Source of the DNA: an uncultured virus (IMG/VR IMGVR_UViG_3300002835_000123)
Taxonomy: Duplodnaviria; Heunggongvirae; Uroviricota; Caudoviricetes
Reading direction: 5' to 3' (one strand)
Length of the DNA stretch: 20,000 bases
IMG/VR virus record: IMGVR_UViG_3300002835_000123
The notes beneath the pieces are model-generated. The model worked only from the letters and a program-made list of their open reading frames with translations. It was not told the origin of the DNA and ran no database searches. The stretch's first letter is position 1; the number at the start of each line of letters is the position of its first letter. Below are positions 16,413 to 20,000 of the stretch, piece by piece. Both the position numbers and the translations under genes were made by a program.

Positions 16413-16742
16413 ATGGAAATAAATCAATTTTTACCAATGTTAATCACAATAATAATAGCCATATTAGGCTCATGGATAACTATTCGAATTAACATAGCAG
16501 AAATTAAAAAAGACACTTCACATTTGAAGGAAAGATTAGATTCAGATATTCAAAGTAAAGCACAACTTATTGAAGAACATAAAGAAAACATGAAAGAAGT
16601 TAGAGATGATGTAAAGGCTATATTTTCAACTTTGACAAAAATACAAGTCGAAATAGCTAAAAATCAATCTCGAAATGAAGGTAGAACAGAAATTTTAACT
16701 GCATTAAAAGATGCTGTAAGTGGATTAAATACAAGAAGATGA
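16413..16742 (+). CDS. Holin-like protein (N-terminal TM plus coiled coil)
   Basis: TM FLPMLITIIIAILGSWITI followed by heptads; ATGA overlap with the endolysin. Confidence 0.6.
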   Translation: MEINQFLPMLITIIIAILGSWITIRINIAEIKKDTSHLKERLDSDIQSKAQLIEEHKENMKEVRDDVKAIFSTLTKIQVEIAKNQSRNEGRTEILTALKDAVSGLNTRR

Positions 16743-18688
16743 AGTACAAGTTGATTCAAAAAGGAGAAAAAAATGACTACGTTGGAAATTGGCAACTTTT
16801 TTTACGTGGAGAAGGAATATATTTTGGTTTAGTTGATAACGATTTCGGAAACGGAACACATGAAGCAACAATAAAATTTCAACAAAAATATAAACTTGAA
16901 GCAGATGGAAAAGTAGGAGAAGCCACTTACAAAAAAGCCATTGAGTTAGGTTTTGTATATGAAGAAGATGATAATGATGAAAATAAAAAATCATTATTAT
17001 TTCCTCCTAAACCTGATTTTAATCCAATAGTAGGTAATGCTACAAGGGAAAAAATATTTGGAAAAATACAATTTATTCCTACACCTTCGGCATCAAATCC
17101 TGAAGGCATTAAAATAGTAAATGATTTTGAGAGTAAAAATATTGTACGAGTTAATTTACCTGCTTTATCAAAAGCGACAGGAGGTAAATTTACTGCTATG
17201 AGGTGGCATAAATCAACAGAGCATCAACTTGCTAAGTTTTTTGAAAAATTAGAAAAAGAAAATCTTCATACGAGAATATTATCTTTTGCAGGAGCATTTT
17301 ATCCGAGATTTATAAGGGGAAGTAAGACACAATTAAGTAACCATTGTTTAACAGCTAAACAAGATGTATGGACAACGGAAGGTGTTGCTAATATTGGTGA
17401 TTTAAAAGGATTTAATGGGAAAGTATGGTCTTTTAACAATGGAATAGCAAGTAAATGTGATGTAATTAACTTTTTTAATAATGGTAAAAAGAAAATATTA
17501 AAAATATCAATTCAAGGGCATACAATAAGATGTACTGAAAATCATCCTATTCTTGTTTTAAGAAAGATAACATTAGAAAGGCAAAATTGGATTAAAATAG
17601 AAGGAAAAAAAGGAAATAAAAAAGCGGAGTATTTTGTTGAAATGGTAAAGGCAGAAAACATTAAGAAAGGTGATAGAATTGTAGTTCTAAAACAATTACC
17701 TGATGAAAAAATAATTAATTTTGATGATAGAAATTTAATGTTCGCTGAAATATTAGGTATTTTTTTAGGTGATGGATGTATTCACCATAGAAAAGGAGAA
17801 AGTGAATATGTGAGTTTTCATTTTCCAAAAGGGGATAGGGTTAGAGATTATGTTATAAGTTTGTTATCAAAATATTTTATGGAAGCACCAAAAGAAGTAG
17901 GTGATTCTCATTTTGTTTATTATAAAGAATCTATATATAATTTATTTTCAAAGTATGATAAACTATCTTATAATAAAGAAATACCTTTAGAAGTATGGGG
18001 TTGGAGTAATAAAATGAAAATTAGATTTGTTTTAGGATTGTTATACTCTGATGGTTTTGTAAATAAAAATAAATCAAAAACAGGTGGTGGATATTCTTCT
18101 CAATATGTTTGGAAAATGTCATCTCAAAAGCTAATTAATGATTTGAAATTTTTATTAACATCATTAGGTATATCTACAAGTAAAATAACTGAAATTGAAG
18201 AGGAAGAAAAAGTAATTAAAAATGTATTTACAAAATCAAAAAAACAATGGAGGTTATCGGGTAATGATGTTTTTGGTGTTTTAAATCCTGAACAAGATGA
18301 AATGTATTTAGAGAGAGTTAAAATTAATCAAAATAAAAATTCACGTAATTCTAAATGTTTTGGTTATGAAAATGTTAATCCTGATTTCACGCATAAAGTA
18401 GTTCAAGACATAAAATATGATGGTTATGAAGATGTTTATGATATTGAAGTAGATAATTTACACAATTTTATTTCATCAGGAATTGTAGTATCAAACTCTT
18501 GGGGAACAGCTTTCGATATTAATGTTCCGCAAAATGGTTTGAATAAAATACCTGCGTTGGTAGGTGAAAAAGGTAGTGTAAGAGAAATAGTTCCTATTGC
18601 CAATGATTTTGGATTTTATTGGGGAGGTCATTTTACACGTAAAGATGGTATGCACTTCGAAATAGCAAAAATTTTAAATAATATATAA
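16739..18688 (+). CDS. Endolysin: PG_binding_1 plus peptidase M15 (L-Ala-D-Glu/M15_4-like), intein-containing
   Basis: N-terminal WQLFL...DNDFG..T..A...FQ...L.ADGKVG; catalytic R..RG...SNH|SWGTAFD and WGG.F...DGMHFE; 265 aa after splicing. Confidence 0.92.
   Translation: MKYKLIQKGEKNDYVGNWQLFLRGEGIYFGLVDNDFGNGTHEATIKFQQKYKLEADGKVGEATYKKAIELGFVYEEDDNDENKKSLLFPPKPDFNPIVGNATREKIFGKIQFIPTPSASNPEGIKIVNDFESKNIVRVNLPALSKATGGKFTAMRWHKSTEHQLAKFFEKLEKENLHTRILSFAGAFYPRFIRGSKTQLSNHCLTAKQDVWTTEGVANIGDLKGFNGKVWSFNNGIASKCDVINFFNNGKKKILKISIQGHTIRCTENHPILVLRKITLERQNWIKIEGKKGNKKAEYFVEMVKAENIKKGDRIVVLKQLPDEKIINFDDRNLMFAEILGIFLGDGCIHHRKGESEYVSFHFPKGDRVRDYVISLLSKYFMEAPKEVGDSHFVYYKESIYNLFSKYDKLSYNKEIPLEVWGWSNKMKIRFVLGLLYSDGFVNKNKSKTGGGYSSQYVWKMSSQKLINDLKFLLTSLGISTSKITEIEEEEKVIKNVFTKSKKQWRLSGNDVFGVLNPEQDEMYLERVKINQNKNSRNSKCFGYENVNPDFTHKVVQDIKYDGYEDVYDIEVDNLHNFISSGIVVSNSWGTAFDINVPQNGLNKIPALVGEKGSVREIVPIANDFGFYWGGHFTRKDGMHFEIAKILNNI
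17345..18496 (+). mobile_element. Intein with LAGLIDADG (DOD) homing endonuclease, 384 aa
   Basis: Block A CLTAKQDV; block B IRCTENHPIL; EILGIFLGDGC and FVLGLLYSDGFV; block F/G DVYDIEVDNLHNFISSGIVVSN followed by Ser(+1). Confidence 0.95.
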
Positions 18689-18768
18689 TGGAAAAAGTTT
18701 CAAACACAATGAAAATAGTTGTTCCAATAGTTTTGGTACTAACTGCTTATTATTTACTAAAAAAATAG
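18688..18768 (+). CDS. 26-aa single-TM micro-protein (not in ORF track)
   Basis: MEKVSNTMKIVVPIVLVLTAYYLLKK*; TAATG-coupled to the endolysin stop. Confidence 0.65.
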   Translation: MEKVSNTMKIVVPIVLVLTAYYLLKK

Positions 18769-18770
18769 TA

Positions 18771-18923
18771 ATGGAAGAAGAAAAAAAAATATCAGACAGA
18801 ATAAATGATATTGATTGGCAAAAATTTGTTACAATTACCACACTTGTATCATTAACCATGATTGCTTTTTATGGATTAGGTGCATATAAGCATTGGAAAG
18901 AAATTAAAAAACTTAAAGCATGA
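18771..18923 (+). CDS. 50-aa single-TM micro-protein (paralog 1)
   Basis: MEEEKKISDRINDIDWQKFVTITTLVSLTMIAFYGLGAYKHWKEIKKLKA*. Confidence 0.8.
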   Translation: MEEEKKISDRINDIDWQKFVTITTLVSLTMIAFYGLGAYKHWKEIKKLKA

Positions 18924-19100
18924 AAGAATTAGCGGAATTAGATTTCAAAAAAATAGGTGGTTGGGCAATGGTTGTATCATTAACCATGATTGCTTTTTAT
19001 GGATTAGGTGCATATAAGCATTGGAAAGAAATTAAAAATATGGATTAATGGAAAAGTTAGGAGAATTAGATTTCAAAAAAATAGGTGGTTGGGCAATGGT
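18844..19100 (+). repeat. 128-bp tandem duplication
   Basis: 67 bp identical (18844-18910 = 18972-19038) and 38 bp identical (18935-18972 = 19063-19100), both offset by 128; the 24 bp between them have diverged. Confidence 0.95.
18920..19048 (+). CDS. 42-aa single-TM micro-protein (chimeric paralog 2)
   Basis: MKELAELDFKKIGGWAMVVSLTMIAFYGLGAYKHWKEIKNMD*; ATGA and TAATG coupling on the two sides. Confidence 0.8.
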   Translation: MKELAELDFKKIGGWAMVVSLTMIAFYGLGAYKHWKEIKNMD

Positions 19101-19191
19101 AGTTAGTTCTGCTATTGTTTTGTATTATGGATTATCTATATATAAAACATATTTAGAAATTAAGAAATTAAGAAATGAAGAAGGTATTTAG
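19048..19191 (+). CDS. 47-aa single-TM micro-protein (paralog 3)
   Basis: MEKLGELDFKKIGGWAMVVSSAIVLYYGLSIYKTYLEIKKLRNEEGI*. Confidence 0.8.
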   Translation: MEKLGELDFKKIGGWAMVVSSAIVLYYGLSIYKTYLEIKKLRNEEGI

Positions 19192-19609
19192 AAATATAAT
19201 TATAGTTGCAGGAGTTGTTTTAGTTGCAAGGTATTTTTGGAAAAAAAGAAAAGCATCTAAAAATGCTTTAGATTATCCAAAACCTCCTGTAATTGAAAAT
19301 GACGATAGGGAAACATTTCAAGGAAATAATCCTGTTGATTATATTCGTGGTTATGCTATGCCTAATTCAATAAATGATTTAATTCCTAACACAAATGGTC
19401 AAATATATGTAGCAACAAAACCTGATACAAATGTATTTGGACAATCACCAAGAAGTGCAATATTTTTAGAGGTAGATGTTGCTAATAATGAATTAATATA
19501 TGAAGGTTCAATGGATGGACAAACAAAAGAAATAAGTTTAAAATATGACAACGTAAAAGATAGTATAGTATTAATGGACAAAAAACATTTAAAAACAATA
19601 CAAAATTAA
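19175..19609 (+). CDS. N-anchored membrane protein
   Basis: 144 aa; TM IIIVAGVVLVARYFW then KKRK. Confidence 0.85.
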   Translation: MKKVFRNIIIVAGVVLVARYFWKKRKASKNALDYPKPPVIENDDRETFQGNNPVDYIRGYAMPNSINDLIPNTNGQIYVATKPDTNVFGQSPRSAIFLEVDVANNELIYEGSMDGQTKEISLKYDNVKDSIVLMDKKHLKTIQN

Positions 19610-19611
19610 CT

Positions 19612-20000
19612 ATGAGTAGCAATCTAATAAGAATAGTTGGTTCAGGTAGAACATTTTTATCACCAACAGACTTTTTCGTTCAAGCGAACACCAATGATGG
19701 TGGACAAGTAGAAATAGTTCTACCAAATTCTCAATTAATATTTTCAGACCCAAATAGTTCAAATACGCCTTATAATTACATAGGGGTAAGATTTGTAGAT
19801 ATAAGCAATAATGCTTCTGTAAATAATATTGTTATTTATGGTTTTGATAATGATTTAGTAAACGGAGGACAAACACTAACACTAAATACAAATGGTGCAG
19901 GTGGAATCATTACATTAATTGGTGAAGGACAATGGAGTTTTGAAGCTAATTCAACAAGTGGAGGAGGAGGAGGAACACCTACTTTACAACAAGTATTAGA
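19612..20000 (+). CDS. 5' part of fibre/spike-like protein (partial)
   Basis: Manual translation MSSNLIRIVGSGRTFLSPTDFFVQANTNDGGQVEIVLP...FVDISNNASVNNIVI...GQWSFEANSTSGGGGGTPTLQQVL; open to the window end; beta-rich module then a Gly hinge. Confidence 0.7.
   Translation, partial: MSSNLIRIVGSGRTFLSPTDFFVQANTNDGGQVEIVLPNSQLIFSDPNSSNTPYNYIGVRFVDISNNASVNNIVIYGFDNDLVNGGQTLTLNTNGAGGIITLIGEGQWSFEANSTSGGGGGTPTLQQVL

Noticed and set aside
18844..19100. Short direct repeats as a mini-CRISPR or att sites
   Set aside because: Explained by one 128-bp tandem duplication inside coupled ORFs; no integrase nearby.
2958..19581. All minus-strand ORFs in the track
   Set aside because: They overlap well-supported + strand genes; they are antisense shadows of charged or repetitive coding sequence with no independent motifs.
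1..20000. Alternative genetic code explaining the many short ORFs
   Set aside because: TAA, TAG (3964) and TGA (13755, 16740) all end genes that are followed closely by a new ATG, and each short ORF has its own complete anchor architecture.
1..20000. Eukaryotic giant virus (NCLDV) origin
   Set aside because: Stop/start coupling, an endolysin with a holin-like gene, and SH3b/PGBD-like domains indicate a bacterial host.

Overview
A very AT-rich (roughly 27-28% GC by eye), gene-dense window with about 37 genes, all on the + strand. Many are translationally coupled (TAATG/ATGA overlaps) and have A-rich leaders with no Shine-Dalgarno, which suggests a Bacteroidota host. It reads as the virion and lysis region of an uncharacterised bacterial virus or virus-like element. 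No tailed-phage head/tail genes are recognisable. About 28 genes encode small membrane-anchored proteins: C-anchored at 157-3966 and mostly N-anchored at 7949-15131. Several carry SH3b-like, peptidoglycan-binding-like, annexin-like, LEA_2/WHy or Cys-hairpin modules. At least a dozen share a short [YFS]-S-[NGS]-[FA]-x-G motif, usually at the end far from the anchor and often followed by an acidic/aromatic tail. A HExxH...ExxAD zinc protease gene sits inside the cluster, suggesting a processing or docking system for a lipid-containing particle (inference). Also present: an 862-aa nested beta-propeller protein with seven 153-bp Delta-60 repeats; a holin-like gene; a PG-binding/M15 endolysin split at its zinc motif by a 384-aa LAGLIDADG intein; a 128-bp tandem duplication that made a chimeric micro-gene; and the start of a fibre-like gene. 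All family assignments come from reading motifs by eye, not from database searches.
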